Counted from the first letter of the stretch, positions 20,831-33,108 are shown. The stretch: DNA of 64,000 nucleotides from a bacterium (GCA_963681965.1 OY820579.1:1728001-1792000), one strand, 5' to 3'. Numbers and translations: made by a program. The notes: generated by a model not told the origin, from the sequence alone.

Positions 20831-23800
20831 AATCATCAACCCCCCGGTCGCACCGACTGAAGCACCGCTTCGGTTTGGAAAACCGATCGAAAAGGACAAA
20901 AAGGAACAGCAGACGGATTTCAAGAGCATTACCATTTCGCTCTTGTCGCCCGAAGCGATTCTAGAACGCTCGCACGGCGAAGTAACCAAACCGGAAACGA
21001 TTAATTACCGTTCCTACAAACCGGAAAAAGAGGGTTTGTTTTCGGAGAAGATTTTCGGTCCGACCAAGGACTGGGAATGCTCTTGCGGAAAGTATCGCGG
21101 GATGCGATACAACGGTATTACTTGCGATCGTTGCGGCGTCTTGGTTACGAAGAAAGACGTGCGGCGCAAGTGGTGCGGTCATATCGAATTGGCTGTGCCG
21201 GTTGTACACATTTGGTTTTTTAAATCCGGTCCATCGAAGATCGGGCATTTGCTGGGCATGACCGTTCGCGACCTCGAACGCGTCATTTACTACGAACAGT
21301 ATATCGTAATCAATCCCGGCAAATCCGGTTTGCGCGAACGCGAACTGGTCAATGAAAATCGGTACTATCAGATCTTGACCGAACTCGGCGAAGATCACGA
21401 AAAATTGGATGATGGCGATCACAACAAGTTCGTTGCGATGACCGGCGGTCAGGCAATTAAAGCGTTATTGTCGCGCGTCAATCTGAACACGCTGGGCGAC
21501 GAATTGCGCAAAGCGATGCAACTCGAAAGCAATCTGCAACGCAAGAACGACACGATCAAGCGATTGAAGATTGTCGAAGCATTCAAGCGCAATACCGAAA
21601 CGGTGAAGAACAATCCCGAATGGATGGTGCTTGACCGGATCCCGATTATTCCTCCGGATCTCCGTCCCTTAGTACCGCTCGAAGGTGGTCGTTTCGCCAC
21701 TTCGGATTTGAACGACTTGTATCGTCGGGTAATTATTCGCAACAACCGGTTGCGTCGGTTGATTGCGATTCGCGCACCCGATGTTATTCTCCGTAATGAG
21801 AAGCGAATGTTGCAGGAAGCAGTCGACAGCTTATTCGACAATGGTCGAAAAAATGTCGAAGTTCGCGGCGATAGTAATCGTCCGTTGAAATCGCTCTCCG
21901 ACAACCTCCGTGGCAAGTCCGGTCGGTTCCGTCAAAATTTGCTTGGAAAACGTGTCGACTATTCCGGTCGTTCCGTGATCGTTGTCGGTCCCGAACTGAA
22001 AATGCATCAGTGCGGTTTGCCGAAAGAATTGGCAGTGGAATTGTTCACGCCATTCGTGATTCGCAAATTGATCGAGCGCGAATACGTCAAGACGGTAAAA
22101 ACCGCCAAGCGTATGGTGCAACGACGTGAAGAAGCAGTTTGGGCAATCTTGGAAGAAATTATCCAAGATCACCCGATCATGCTGAATCGCGCACCGACCC
22201 TTCACCGTCTCGGTATTCAAGCGTTTCAACCGATCTTGATCGAAGGCAAAGCGATCCGATTGCACCCGTTAGTATGTGCGGCATTCAATGCCGACTTTGA
22301 CGGTGACCAGATGGCAGTTCACGTACCGCTCAGTTTCGAAGCGCAACTTGAAGCGCGTTTCTTAATGCTTGCCAGTGGCAACTTGTTGCACCCGGCAAAC
22401 GGACGACCTATTACCGTTCCGTCGCAGGATATGATTCTCGGTTGCTATTATCTGACCAAGAAACGTGTCGGCGTGCATGGTGAAGGACGATTCTTTGCCG
22501 ACGAAGACGATGTTATTATCGCGTTCGACAATAATGTCGTGCATCTCAATGCGCAAATATATCTGCGTCGCAGCAACGAATTTATCGATACCACTGTCGG
22601 TCGCGTAATCTTCAATCGAATTCTTCCCGAAGAAATTCGCGAGGTGAAGTATTTCAATTCGCTGCTAACCAAAGCCGAAATTCAGGACGTCATTCAAGAT
22701 TGTCACAATCGCGTCGGAACGTCGAAGACAGCATTGTTCCTCGACCGATTGAAGGAATTGGGCTTTAAATATTCAACTCGCGGCGGTCTCTCGGTATCGA
22801 TTTGGGATATCGAAATTCCCGCTGAAAAGCAACGTATCATCGATCTGGCGCAAGAAGAAGTAATCAAGTTGACCGAAACCTTCGAAGAAGGTTTGATCGG
22901 CGACACCGAACGGTACAACAACATCATCGATACGTGGACACACGCGACGAACGAAGTTGCCAAGAAGATGATGGATCACCTCGCGATGAGCGACCAGGGT
23001 TTCAATCCGGTATATATGATGGCGCATTCCGGTGCTCGTGGTTCGCGCGATCAGATCCGTCAGCTCGCAGGTATGCGCGGTTTGATGCAGAAACCGATGA
23101 AGACTGTTACCGGTGGTAAGGGTGAAATTATCGAGAACCCGATTATTTCGAACTTCCGCGAAGGTCTGTCGGTACTCGAGTATTTTATTTCCACGCACGG
23201 CGCTCGTAAAGGTCTTGCCGATACCGCATTGAAAACTGCCGACGCAGGATATTTGACTCGTCGTTTGGTCGACGTTGCGCAAGACGTAATTATTCGCATG
23301 GACGATTGCGGTACTGCCAACGGTATCGTTGTCGAAGCGTTAGAAGAGGGTCAGGAAGTCAGTGCGCAACTGTACGACAAGATTATCGGTCGTACATTAG
23401 CCGATCACGTTTACGATCCTACTTCGAATGAAATATTGGTTCCGGCACGAACGCTGATTTCCAGTCGTGAAGCCGAAGTGATTGCCCGTAGCGGTGTCGA
23501 GCGCGTGATGATTCGCAGTGTGTTGACCTGCGAAGCCGAATTCGGGGTGTGCCGATTCTGTTACGGTACTAACCTGACGACCGGTCGCATCGTCGATGTC
23601 GGCGAAGCGGTTGGTGTTATTGCGGCTCAGTCGATCGGTGAACCGGGTACGCAGTTGACACTTCGTACGTTCCACACTGGTGGTACCGTAGCTCGTCAGT
23701 CGGCGCAATCGGAAGTGTATGCGAAATCCGCCGGTCGAATTATTTTCGAAAATGTCGACTACGTCAAGCAGACTTCCGGTCGTATGATCGTGGTTCGACG

Positions 23801-25166
23801 AAACGGTTTGATCGTCTTGATTGACGAAAATAATCGTCAAATTTCGAAGCACAATGTTCCTTACGGTGCCGAACTGAAGGTCGAACACGATCAGGATGTT
23901 TCGATCAACGAGTTGTTGTTCGTTTGGGATCCATATTCGAAACCGATTCTTGCAACGAACGACGGGTATGTCCACTTCATCGATTTGAAGGAAGACATCA
24001 CCTTCAAGGAAATGACCGAAGAAACGACCAAGAAGCGTTATCGCGTCATTATCGAACCGCGCGACAAGAAACTGTCTCCGCACATCATTTTATTGGCGAC
24101 GAAAGGCGATCCGCAGACCCGTAAACAAGGTCAATACGTACTTCCAGTCGGCGCTCGAATGATGCGTGAAGAAGGGGATTACGTCGAAGCCGGAACCGAA
24201 TTGGCTCGTGTGACTCGTGAAGGTGTGAAAGCGAAGGACATCACCGGTGGTTTGCCCCGCGTTCAGGAATTGTTCGAAGCACGTCGCCCTCGCGATCCCT
24301 CGATCATTGCCGAAATCGACGGTATCGTACGATTCGGTCAGATTCGCCGTGGTGTTCGCGAAGTCTTGATTTCTTCACTCGCTACTAACGAAGAAAAGAA
24401 ATACATGCTTCCAGTGACCCGCGACTTGTTGGTGTTCGATGGCGATTTCGTTCGCGCTGGCGATCCTTTGACAGAAGGTCCGCGTTCACCGAGCGATATT
24501 TTGAAAGTGTTGGGACACGCCAAAGCCCGCGAATTTTTGGTTAACGAAATTCTTGCGGTGTATGCCGAACAAGGCGTGAAGATCAATCCGAAACACGTCG
24601 AAGTGATCGTGCGTCAGATGATGCAGAAAGTTCGCATTCTCGATCCGGGCGATACCGATTTCCTCGAAGGTGATTCGGTCAACCGTCAACGTTTCGATCG
24701 CATCAACAAGTCATTGACCGATATGTTGCTGGTCGAAGAAATTGGCGATTCGTCCTATGAACTGAGTGCCTTGACCAGCACCCGCGATTTACGTCGCGAG
24801 AATGCCCGGGTTAAGAAAGCTGGCGGAGTGGAAGCAGCGGCTCGTCCAGCCCGACCTGCACAGTGGGAACCGATCCTACTCGGAATCACTCAAGCAGCCT
24901 TGACGACGGAGTCCTTCCTCTCGGCGGCATCGTTCCAAGAGACGACGCGCGTATTAACCGATGCGGCGATCGAACGCAAGTGCGACAACCTCAATGGGTT
25001 GAAGGAAAACATTATAATGGGTCACATTATTCCTGCTGGTACTGGACTTGCTAAGTTCAAGCAAATTCAGGTGAAAAACCAGGAGAACGAGTGGATGCCC
25101 ATCGTCGAAACGACGGAAGAGTTTGAAGAAATTACGACCGGTCCGGGCGAGATCGAACCGGTCTAG
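20823..25166 (+). CDS. rpoC: RNA polymerase beta' subunit
   Basis: NADFDGD catalytic motif and Zn fingers. Confidence 0.99.
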   Translation: MNEIINPPVAPTEAPLRFGKPIEKDKKEQQTDFKSITISLLSPEAILERSHGEVTKPETINYRSYKPEKEGLFSEKIFGPTKDWECSCGKYRGMRYNGITCDRCGVLVTKKDVRRKWCGHIELAVPVVHIWFFKSGPSKIGHLLGMTVRDLERVIYYEQYIVINPGKSGLRERELVNENRYYQILTELGEDHEKLDDGDHNKFVAMTGGQAIKALLSRVNLNTLGDELRKAMQLESNLQRKNDTIKRLKIVEAFKRNTETVKNNPEWMVLDRIPIIPPDLRPLVPLEGGRFATSDLNDLYRRVIIRNNRLRRLIAIRAPDVILRNEKRMLQEAVDSLFDNGRKNVEVRGDSNRPLKSLSDNLRGKSGRFRQNLLGKRVDYSGRSVIVVGPELKMHQCGLPKELAVELFTPFVIRKLIEREYVKTVKTAKRMVQRREEAVWAILEEIIQDHPIMLNRAPTLHRLGIQAFQPILIEGKAIRLHPLVCAAFNADFDGDQMAVHVPLSFEAQLEARFLMLASGNLLHPANGRPITVPSQDMILGCYYLTKKRVGVHGEGRFFADEDDVIIAFDNNVVHLNAQIYLRRSNEFIDTTVGRVIFNRILPEEIREVKYFNSLLTKAEIQDVIQDCHNRVGTSKTALFLDRLKELGFKYSTRGGLSVSIWDIEIPAEKQRIIDLAQEEVIKLTETFEEGLIGDTERYNNIIDTWTHATNEVAKKMMDHLAMSDQGFNPVYMMAHSGARGSRDQIRQLAGMRGLMQKPMKTVTGGKGEIIENPIISNFREGLSVLEYFISTHGARKGLADTALKTADAGYLTRRLVDVAQDVIIRMDDCGTANGIVVEALEEGQEVSAQLYDKIIGRTLADHVYDPTSNEILVPARTLISSREAEVIARSGVERVMIRSVLTCEAEFGVCRFCYGTNLTTGRIVDVGEAVGVIAAQSIGEPGTQLTLRTFHTGGTVARQSAQSEVYAKSAGRIIFENVDYVKQTSGRMIVVRRNGLIVLIDENNRQISKHNVPYGAELKVEHDQDVSINELLFVWDPYSKPILATNDGYVHFIDLKEDITFKEMTEETTKKRYRVIIEPRDKKLSPHIILLATKGDPQTRKQGQYVLPVGARMMREEGDYVEAGTELARVTREGVKAKDITGGLPRVQELFEARRPRDPSIIAEIDGIVRFGQIRRGVREVLISSLATNEEKKYMLPVTRDLLVFDGDFVRAGDPLTEGPRSPSDILKVLGHAKAREFLVNEILAVYAEQGVKINPKHVEVIVRQMMQKVRILDPGDTDFLEGDSVNRQRFDRINKSLTDMLLVEEIGDSSYELSALTSTRDLRRENARVKKAGGVEAAARPARPAQWEPILLGITQAALTTESFLSAASFQETTRVLTDAAIERKCDNLNGLKENIIMGHIIPAGTGLAKFKQIQVKNQENEWMPIVETTEEFEEITTGPGEIEPV

Positions 25167-25222
25167 TTTCACGTATTGTTTTGGATAATTTTATCCTCTT
25201 GAATACTCGATGAGACGCTTTC

Positions 25223-25251
25223 TTGACTCATTGGGTATCCAGTAGTATATT
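25223..25251 (+). promoter_or_regulatory. Putative str operon promoter
   Basis: TTGACT-17 nt-TATATT upstream of rpsL. Confidence 0.7.
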
Positions 25252-25276
25252 GATTGGCTTTGATTTTGGAGGTTTT

Positions 25277-25678
25277 GTGCCTACGATTAACCAGCTCGTG
25301 CGAGCGGGGCGAGAGCGGATACTAAAAAAAACCACCGCTCCGGCGCTAAAAAATTGCCCGCAGAAGCGCGGGGTCTGCACCCGAGTCTATACGACTACGC
25401 CGAAAAAGCCGAATTCGGCTCTGCGTAAAGTAGCTCGTGTTCGTTTGTCTACGGGAATGGAAGTGACGGCATACATCCCGGGTGAAGGTCACAATTTGCA
25501 AGAACATAGCATTGTGATGATTCGCGGTGGTCGTGTGAAAGATCTTCCCGGTGTGCGATACCACATCATTCGTGGCAAGCTCGACTCTTCCGGTGTGGAG
25601 AAACGACGTCAAGGCAGATCCAAGTACGGTGCAAAACGACCGAAGGCAGGAGCTGCTGCCCCGGCGAAAAAGAAGTAA
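25277..25678 (+). CDS. rpsL: 30S ribosomal protein S12
   Basis: [26 protein letters not shown]; GTG follows GGAGG. Confidence 0.98.
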   Translation: MPTINQLVRAGRERILKKTTAPALKNCPQKRGVCTRVYTTTPKKPNSALRKVARVRLSTGMEVTAYIPGEGHNLQEHSIVMIRGGRVKDLPGVRYHIIRGKLDSSGVEKRRQGRSKYGAKRPKAGAAAPAKKK

Positions 25679-25699
25679 GCGAAGCGGAAAGATTTATAC

Positions 25700-26170
25700 A
25701 TGGCACGGCGTAAACGAATTCAGAAGCGCGACATTTTACCCGATCCCAAATTCGGCAGTGTGTTGATTTCGAAATTCATCAACAATCTGATGCAGCGCGG
25801 AAAAAAGTCGATTGCTGAGACAATTTTTTACGATGCGATCGACATGATTAAAGACAAGGCAAAGACCGACGGTACCGAAGTGTTCGAAAAAGCACTGAAG
25901 AATGTCGGACCACTGCTGGAAGTCAAATCCCGCCGCGTTGGCGGTGCAACGTATCAGGTACCGATCGAAGTCAGTACCGAACGTCGCGAAGCATTGGCGA
26001 TGCGCTGGTTGATCAATTCATCCCGCGCTCGTGGCGAAAAAACGATGGCCGAGCGTTTGTCAAGTGAATTCATGGCAGCATCGCGCGGTGAAGGAAATGC
26101 GATCAAGAAACGCGACGATACGCACAAGATGGCTGAAGCCAATCGCGCCTTCGCACATTTCCGCTGGTAA
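25700..26170 (+). CDS. rpsG: 30S ribosomal protein S7
   Basis: [24 protein letters not shown]. Confidence 0.98.
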   Translation: MARRKRIQKRDILPDPKFGSVLISKFINNLMQRGKKSIAETIFYDAIDMIKDKAKTDGTEVFEKALKNVGPLLEVKSRRVGGATYQVPIEVSTERREALAMRWLINSSRARGEKTMAERLSSEFMAASRGEGNAIKKRDDTHKMAEANRAFAHFRW

Positions 26171-26212
26171 TAATTAATTCGTTTGGAAGTAATCAATCTG
26201 TATTATGTATTA

Positions 26213-26258
26213 GGTTGTGCTTCTTATTGATAAGGCGTAAGAAGCCACACCTTTTTTT
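26213..26258 (+). terminator. Terminator-like hairpin between rpsG and fusA
   Basis: GGTTGTGCTTCTTA...TAAGAAGCCACACC imperfect stem followed by T7. Confidence 0.65.
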
Positions 26259-26323
26259 GTCTTTGCGAGCACCTCGCAGGATGATGAAGGAAGAAACTCA
26301 AAGAGGTTGCTCGAGTAAGTATT

Positions 26324-28402
26324 ATGGGTCAATTAGAACGTTTATCCCGAATCCGCAATATCGGTATCATGGCGCACATCGATGCCGGTAAAACCACCAC
26401 CACCGAGCGGATTTTGTATTATACCGGGAAGATCCATAAGATGGGCGAAGTCCACGAGGGCGCCGCGGTGATGGATTGGATGGAGCAGGAAAAAGAGCGC
26501 GGTATCACGATTACCTCCGCTGCAACTACCTGCTACTGGCGCGACCATCGGATCAATATTATCGATACCCCGGGTCACGTCGATTTCACTGCCGAAGTGG
26601 AACGCTCTTTGAGAGTTTTGGATGGCGCAGTGGCAGTGTTCTGCGCGGTTGGCGGAGTGGAACCGCAATCCGAAACGGTCTGGCGACAAGCGACGAAATA
26701 TTCCGTTCCGCGAATCGCATATATCAATAAAATGGATCGCGTCGGTGCCGATTTTTATCACGTGATCCAGATGATGCGGGATCGTTTGGGTGCAGTGCCC
26801 ATTCCGATCCAACTACCGGTCGGACAAGGCGAACTTTTCACTTCGATGATCGATCTGATCAAGATGAAATCGATGGTGTTCGGTGAAAGCACGTTGGGCA
26901 AGGGTTGGGAGTATATGGAAATTCCCAGTTCGTTTAAACAGCAAGCCCACGATGCACGCGAACAGATGATCGAGGCAATCAGTGATTACGACGATCAGTT
27001 GATGGAAAAATTCCTGGCGGACGAAGAAATTCCCGAAGAGGAATTGCTTGCAGCCCTACGGAAAGCAACCATCGATGCGAAGATCACACCGGTTGTATGC
27101 GGTTCGAGCTTCAAGAATAAAGGCGTGCAACCGCTTCTTGATGCCGTGATCGATTTACTTCCTTCACCGGAAGATTTACCACCGGTGATCGGACACGAAC
27201 CCGACAGTGAAGATCAAATTGCTCGACGAGCCGATTACAACGAACCGTTCAGCGCGTTAGCATTCAAGGTTCAGACCGATCCATACGTTGGAAAATTGAC
27301 TTACGTCCGGGTTTATTCCGGTAAGTTGGCGGCGGGTTCCTATATTTACAACCCGGTTGCGCGACGGAAAGAACGGGTTAGTCGACTCCTTCATATGTTT
27401 GCGAACAAGCGCGAAGATATCGATGAAATTGCTGCCGGTAATATTTGTGCATTTGTTGGCTTGAAAGAAACCCGAACCGGGGACACGCTGTGCGAAGAAC
27501 AGCATCAAGTGATTTTGGAACGAATGACGTTCCCGGTACCGGTGGTTCAGTTGGCAATCGAGCCGCGGACCAAAGCCGATCAGGATAATTTGTCGGTTGC
27601 GTTGAATAAGCTTTCGGACGAAGATCCGACGTTTCAAGTAAAATTCAACGAAGAAACTGCACAAACCACGATCGCCGGCATGGGTGAATTGCATCTTGAA
27701 ATTCTAGTCGATCGCATGAAGCGCGAATTCGGTGTCGATGCGAATGTCGGAAAGCCGATGGTAGCGTATCAGGAATCGATCACTCGGAAGGCAATGGTCA
27801 ACCACAAATATGCCAAGCAGACGGGTGGTCGCGGTCAATTTGCACAAGTTGAAATCACGATCGAACCGGCAGAACGTGGAAAAGGTTACCACTTCGAATC
27901 GAAGATTATTGGCGGAGTGATACCGAAGGAATATATCCCGGCAATCAATCAGGGTTGTCGTGATGCCATGAAAACCGGTGTTCTTGCCGGTTATCCGATG
28001 GACGATGTAACTGTAACGTTGTTGGATGGTAGTTACCACGAAGTCGATTCGAACGAAATGGCATTTCGTATTTGCGGATCGATGGCGTTTCGGGAAGCAG
28101 CTCAAAAAGCCGGACCGCAACTGATGGAACCGGTAATGTCGCTGGAAGTGATTACCCCGGAAGACTATCTTGGCGATGTTATGGGAAATTTAAATCAGCG
28201 CCGGGCACGGATTTTGGGAATTAATCCTCGAAGCGACGCGCAAACGATCAATGCGATCGTACCGTTGGCGGAAATGTTTGGATACGCCACCATGCTTCGA
28301 TCGATGACTCAGGGACGCGCAATCTTTTCGATGCAGTTCGATCATTACGAACCAGCGCCCAAGGCAGTAACAGAAAAAGTTTTAAAGGATATCAACGGCT
28401 GA
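26324..28402 (+). CDS. fusA: Elongation factor G
   Basis: [26 protein letters not shown]. Confidence 0.98.
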   Translation: MGQLERLSRIRNIGIMAHIDAGKTTTTERILYYTGKIHKMGEVHEGAAVMDWMEQEKERGITITSAATTCYWRDHRINIIDTPGHVDFTAEVERSLRVLDGAVAVFCAVGGVEPQSETVWRQATKYSVPRIAYINKMDRVGADFYHVIQMMRDRLGAVPIPIQLPVGQGELFTSMIDLIKMKSMVFGESTLGKGWEYMEIPSSFKQQAHDAREQMIEAISDYDDQLMEKFLADEEIPEEELLAALRKATIDAKITPVVCGSSFKNKGVQPLLDAVIDLLPSPEDLPPVIGHEPDSEDQIARRADYNEPFSALAFKVQTDPYVGKLTYVRVYSGKLAAGSYIYNPVARRKERVSRLLHMFANKREDIDEIAAGNICAFVGLKETRTGDTLCEEQHQVILERMTFPVPVVQLAIEPRTKADQDNLSVALNKLSDEDPTFQVKFNEETAQTTIAGMGELHLEILVDRMKREFGVDANVGKPMVAYQESITRKAMVNHKYAKQTGGRGQFAQVEITIEPAERGKGYHFESKIIGGVIPKEYIPAINQGCRDAMKTGVLAGYPMDDVTVTLLDGSYHEVDSNEMAFRICGSMAFREAAQKAGPQLMEPVMSLEVITPEDYLGDVMGNLNQRRARILGINPRSDAQTINAIVPLAEMFGYATMLRSMTQGRAIFSMQFDHYEPAPKAVTEKVLKDING

Positions 28403-28432
28403 CCAGTTCAGCTTTAAGCGAGGAAGACAGAA

Positions 28433-29623
28433 ATGGCGAAAGCGAAATTTGATCGTACAAAACCGCACGTCAATATCGGGACGATCGGTCACGTTGATCA
28501 CGGTAAGACGACGTTAACGGCAGCGATCACATTGGTTTTGAGTCATCAGGGTTTGGCACAATTCCGTTCTTTCGATTCGATCGACAATGCCCCGGAAGAA
28601 AAAGCCCGTGGTATCACGATTGCGACTGCTCACATCGAGTACGAAACGAAGAATCGTCATTATGCTCACGTTGACTGCCCGGGTCACGCCGACTATGTAA
28701 AGAACATGGTTACCGGTGCCGCTCAGATGGACGGTGCGATTATTGTTGTCGCTGCTACCGACGGTCCGATGCCGCAAACTCGCGAACACATTTTGCTCGC
28801 CCGTCAGGTCGGTGTCCCGTTTCTAATCGTTTTCATGAACAAGTGCGATGCGGTCGACGATCCGGAAATTTTGGACTTGGTCGAATTGGAAATGCGCGAA
28901 TTGTTGAGCCAGTACCAATTCCCGGGCGACGAGATTCCGGTGATTCGCGGTAGCGCTCTTGATGCTTTGAACTATCCCGACGATCCGGAAAAGAACAAAT
29001 GCGTTTTGGAACTGATGGAAGCCTGCGACAGCTATATTCCGCTCCCGCAACGTGCAACGGATCTTCCGTTCCTTATGCCGGTTGAAGACGTATTCTCGAT
29101 TACCGGTCGCGGTACTGTTGCTACCGGTCGTATCGAACGCGGTATTGTTAAGGTTGGCGAAACTTTGGAACTGATCGGTTTGGGCGCCCACAAGGATACG
29201 GTCTGTACCGGTGTTGAAATGTTCCGCAAACTGTTGGATCAGGGTCAAGCTGGTGACAACGTAGGTTGCTTGCTTCGCGGTGTGGACAAGAACGAAATCG
29301 AACGCGGTATGGTTTTGGCGAAGCCGAAATCGATTACTCCTCACACGAAGTTCGAAGCCGAAGTTTACGTCTTGTCGAAAGAAGAAGGTGGTCGTCATAC
29401 CCCGTTCTTCAACGGCTATCGTCCGCAGTTCTACTTCCGCACGACTGATGTTACCGGTGCCGTGGACCTTCCCGAAGGTATGGAAATGGTCCTTCCGGGT
29501 GACAAAGTGAGTGTGGTTGTTACGTTAATCACTCCGATCGCGATGGAAGAGAAACTTAAATTCGCAATTCGCGAAGGCGGCCGCACCGTCGGTGCCGGTT
29601 TCGTAACAAAGATTTTAGAGTAA
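28433..29623 (+). CDS. tuf: Elongation factor Tu, copy 2
   Basis: Protein identical to copy 1 except residue 185 (P vs L). Confidence 0.99.
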   Translation: MAKAKFDRTKPHVNIGTIGHVDHGKTTLTAAITLVLSHQGLAQFRSFDSIDNAPEEKARGITIATAHIEYETKNRHYAHVDCPGHADYVKNMVTGAAQMDGAIIVVAATDGPMPQTREHILLARQVGVPFLIVFMNKCDAVDDPEILDLVELEMRELLSQYQFPGDEIPVIRGSALDALNYPDDPEKNKCVLELMEACDSYIPLPQRATDLPFLMPVEDVFSITGRGTVATGRIERGIVKVGETLELIGLGAHKDTVCTGVEMFRKLLDQGQAGDNVGCLLRGVDKNEIERGMVLAKPKSITPHTKFEAEVYVLSKEEGGRHTPFFNGYRPQFYFRTTDVTGAVDLPEGMEMVLPGDKVSVVVTLITPIAMEEKLKFAIREGGRTVGAGFVTKILE

Positions 29624-29798
29624 GAGACTTTGGGATGCAGGTTCACTCCTGCATCCCATTCTCATGTAGCTTGACTTGCTACTGAATTGAAATTGTTGAG
29701 GTCGATGCGGAACTTCGGTTCCAAGTCGAGTACTAAAAGTTGCGGCATGCACGAAACATCGATGCTTCGAAGCGTGTACCAACAATAATCGAGATAGA

Positions 29799-30107
29799 AT
29801 GATGTCGGGATCGATTCGTATCAGATTGAAGGCGTATGATCATAACTTGATCGACAAGAGCGCCGAGAAAATCGTGAAGACCGTTCGCGCTACCGGCGCG
29901 GACATCGCCGGTCCGATCCTGCTGCCGACCAAGCGGCGGGTAGTCACGGTGAACCGGTCTCCGCACAGCGACAAAAAGTCGCGCGAACAATTCGAAACGC
30001 GGATCCACAAGCGGTTGCTCGATATTCGCAACTCATCGAACCGAACGGTTGATGCGTTGATGAAGTTGGAACTTCCCGCTGGTGTGGATATCGAAATCAA
30101 GACGTGA
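29799..30107 (+). CDS. rpsJ: 30S ribosomal protein S10
   Basis: [17 protein letters not shown]. Confidence 0.98.
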   Translation: MMSGSIRIRLKAYDHNLIDKSAEKIVKTVRATGADIAGPILLPTKRRVVTVNRSPHSDKKSREQFETRIHKRLLDIRNSSNRTVDALMKLELPAGVDIEIKT

Positions 30108-30196
30108 TCCAATCGGTTTGAGTAAAGATTAGTTGCGTCTGACGTTCCAATGCTAACGCTTTGCGTTTGGTATGAACTGTAAGGAAACAGGAAACA

Positions 30197-30823
30197 ATGT
30201 CCGGTATAATTGGTAAGAAATTAGGTATGGTCACGATCTTCTCCGCAAAGGGAGACGCGATTGCCGGCACGGTAATCGAAGCGGGACCATGCGTTGTAAC
30301 GGCAGTGCGCTCGAAAGAGAAGCACGGTTACGATGCCGTTCAATTCGGCTTTGGCGAAGTGAAAGAAAAACACTTGACCAAACCTGAAATTGGACAATTC
30401 AAGAAAATCGGTCAGGAAATTAAGCGGGTCACCCGCGAATTTCGCGGCATCAACGACATGAAAGTCGGCGATGTGCGCACGGTCGAGTTTTTTTACATCG
30501 GCGAAAAAGTTAAAATCGCCGGTATTTCCAAAGGTCGTGGTTTTGCAGGATCGATCAAGCGCCACAATTTTCAACGACCGAATCAATCGCATGGAACGCA
30601 CGAATCGTTCCGCGGTACCGGTTCGATCGGCGCGCACAGCTATCCAGCCCGTGTCTTTCCCGGCAAAAAATTTCCCGGTCATCTCGGTGACGAACGAATT
30701 ACGATCAAGAATGTGACGGTAGCAGCCATTGACGCGGAACGCAACTTAATCGTTGTTCACGGCGCGGTTCCCGGCGCACCCGGCGGTATTGTCGAGCTGC
30801 GGAAAATGGGAGGTGTCAAGTGA
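30197..30823 (+). CDS. rplC: 50S ribosomal protein L3
   Basis: GKKLGM, SKGRGFAG; operon order. Confidence 0.97.
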   Translation: MSGIIGKKLGMVTIFSAKGDAIAGTVIEAGPCVVTAVRSKEKHGYDAVQFGFGEVKEKHLTKPEIGQFKKIGQEIKRVTREFRGINDMKVGDVRTVEFFYIGEKVKIAGISKGRGFAGSIKRHNFQRPNQSHGTHESFRGTGSIGAHSYPARVFPGKKFPGHLGDERITIKNVTVAAIDAERNLIVVHGAVPGAPGGIVELRKMGGVK

Positions 30824-31473
30824 AGGTTCCCGTATTGAATCGCGAAGGCAATTCGACCGGTCGAGAAGTAGATTTACCCGACGATATTTTCGGGATTGTA
30901 CCGAACGAACACGTATTGTGGTTGGCGGCGAAAGTGTATCAGAGCAATGCTCGTCAGGGTACACACGCGCACAAGAATCGCTCCGAAGTTCGAGGCGGCG
31001 GCAGGAAACCGTTCAAGCAGAAAGGTACCGGTCGTGCCCGTCAAGGTACTTCACGCTCGCCGATTATGCGTGGCGGTGGTACGGTTTTCGGTCCGGAACC
31101 GCACTCCTATCGATTGGAAATGCCGCTGAAAGTTCGACGTCTCGCGAAGAAGAGCGCACTCAGCGCTAAAGCCCAGGATTTGAAGGTCATCGTGGTCGAG
31201 GATTTTACCCTCGGTGCACCGAAGACCAGTGATATGGCGAAGATCGTCGATAAGTTACTCCCGGGTAAACCGGAAGCTGGTAAACCGGCAACCTCGGCAC
31301 TGTTGTTGACGAAAGGTTACGAACCGAATTTGTTGAAGTCCTGCCGGAATATTCCCCGGTTGCACATTGAACAAGCAACGGTCGCATCTGCGTTCGACAT
31401 TCTCCGCAGCCGTGTTGTGATTTTACAGGAAGGCGCCGTAGCGCCGTTGACGGAGGTGCTGAACCGTGGTTGA
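30820..31473 (+). CDS. rplD: 50S ribosomal protein L4
   Basis: GGGRKPFKQKGTGRARQG. Confidence 0.97.
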   Translation: MKVPVLNREGNSTGREVDLPDDIFGIVPNEHVLWLAAKVYQSNARQGTHAHKNRSEVRGGGRKPFKQKGTGRARQGTSRSPIMRGGGTVFGPEPHSYRLEMPLKVRRLAKKSALSAKAQDLKVIVVEDFTLGAPKTSDMAKIVDKLLPGKPEAGKPATSALLLTKGYEPNLLKSCRNIPRLHIEQATVASAFDILRSRVVILQEGAVAPLTEVLNRG

Positions 31474-31765
31474 TTTAAGTGTTTTGCGCCGTCCGCTGAT
31501 TACCGAAAAAATGAGCGCGTTGGCAGGTACCGAAGAGAATCGCTGTCATCAATATGCGTTCGAGGTAACTCCTCACGCCAACAAGATTCAGATCAAATCG
31601 GCGGTTGAGCAGAAATTCAGTGTAAAAGTTATCTCCATTCGTACGGTAACTACCCTCGGCAAAATGCGCCGATACGGTCGGTTCCTCGGCAAACGCCCCG
31701 ACTGGAAAAAAGCGATCGTGACGTTGGAGAAGGGGCAAACAATCGCCCTATTCGAACACGCTTAA
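31466..31765 (+). CDS. rplW: 50S ribosomal protein L23
   Basis: PLITEK, WKKAIVTL. Confidence 0.96.
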   Translation: MVDLSVLRRPLITEKMSALAGTEENRCHQYAFEVTPHANKIQIKSAVEQKFSVKVISIRTVTTLGKMRRYGRFLGKRPDWKKAIVTLEKGQTIALFEHA

Positions 31766-31908
31766 TTGATCGAAGCGGGACAAAGTTCCCCGATCGACTG
31801 CGGATTTTTCCGCAAACTAGTATTCGTTTATCGCGTGTTCGTCGATAAGTAAATCGTGCCCGCAAAGCCGCACCTCGCGGCAGGTAAGGGCGAAAGGAAG
31901 TTCCGACA

Positions 31909-32739
31909 ATGCCATTGAAGAAGTATCGTCCCTATACTCCGATCCGTCGGTTTATGCAAACGATGGATTTTTCGGAAATTACGCGCTCGACTCCGGAAAA
32001 AAGCTTATTGCTTCCGAAGAAGAGCAGTAGCGGTCGAAATAATAACGGTCGTATCACGATGCGTCGCCGCGGCGGCGGTCACAAGCAAATGCTTCGAGTT
32101 GTGGATTACAAGCGCGACAAGATCGGCATTCCCGCAAAAGTGGCGCACATTGAATACGATCCAAATCGTTCCGCACGTCTAGCTTTATTGCATTATGCCG
32201 ATGGTGAGAAGCGTTATAGCATCGCTACCGTAGGTTTGAAACAAGGCGATGTGATCATGAGCGGTCCGGACTCCGAAATCAAAGCCGGAAACTGCTTGCC
32301 GATTTCATCGATTCCGATCGGTACCGAAATTTGCATGATCGAGTTGCGTCCCGGTCGCGGTGCCCAGATGGCACGATCAGCCGGAGCCGTTGTACGATTG
32401 ATGGCGAAGGAAGGCAAGTACGCGACGTTGCGTTTGCCCTCCGGTGAAATTCGCCGCGTCAGTATCACATGTTCGGCTGTCATCGGTCAAGTTGGCAACC
32501 TCGAGCATGAAAATCAGAGCTTTGGTAAAGCCGGCAAGAGCCGCTGGTTGGGCAATCGGCCCAAGGTTCGCGGTGTCGTGATGAACCCGATCGATCACCC
32601 GATGGGTGGTGGTGAAGGTCGTTCGTCCGGTGGTCGTCACCCTTGTACTCCGTGGGGCAAACCGACCAAGGGTTATAAGACACGACACAACAAATCGACT
32701 GAAAAGTGGATCGTCCGTCATCGGTCGGCAAAGAAGTAG
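31909..32739 (+). CDS. rplB: 50S ribosomal protein L2
   Basis: [21 protein letters not shown]. Confidence 0.98.
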   Translation: MPLKKYRPYTPIRRFMQTMDFSEITRSTPEKSLLLPKKSSSGRNNNGRITMRRRGGGHKQMLRVVDYKRDKIGIPAKVAHIEYDPNRSARLALLHYADGEKRYSIATVGLKQGDVIMSGPDSEIKAGNCLPISSIPIGTEICMIELRPGRGAQMARSAGAVVRLMAKEGKYATLRLPSGEIRRVSITCSAVIGQVGNLEHENQSFGKAGKSRWLGNRPKVRGVVMNPIDHPMGGGEGRSSGGRHPCTPWGKPTKGYKTRHNKSTEKWIVRHRSAKK

Positions 32740-32761
32740 TTGAGAAGAGAGGTTAAGCGGG

Positions 32762-33052
32762 ATGGCTCGTTCCATTAAAAAAGGTCCGTATATCGATCCG
32801 AGAATCTCGGATAAGATCGACCAACTCAACAAAGATCGTAAGAAAGTCGTGGTCAAAACTTGGGCACGCCGTTCGATGATCGAGCCTGCATTTGTTGGGC
32901 ACACGATCGCGGTACACAACGGCAAGAAGTTTCTGCCGGTGTTTGTCACGGAAAATATGGTTGGTCATAAACTTGGCGAGTTCGCTCCGACCCGAACATT
33001 CAAGGGTCACAGCGGTCATCGCAAGACGGAAAAAGCGGCGAAAGCCAAGTAA
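32762..33052 (+). CDS. rpsS: 30S ribosomal protein S19
   Basis: [18 protein letters not shown]. Confidence 0.98.
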   Translation: MARSIKKGPYIDPRISDKIDQLNKDRKKVVVKTWARRSMIEPAFVGHTIAVHNGKKFLPVFVTENMVGHKLGEFAPTRTFKGHSGHRKTEKAAKAK

Positions 33053-33108
33053 AGCGGTATCGGATGACAGCAGACGATGCGTCTGCGCCACCTAAAAGAG
33101 ATAAAGCA

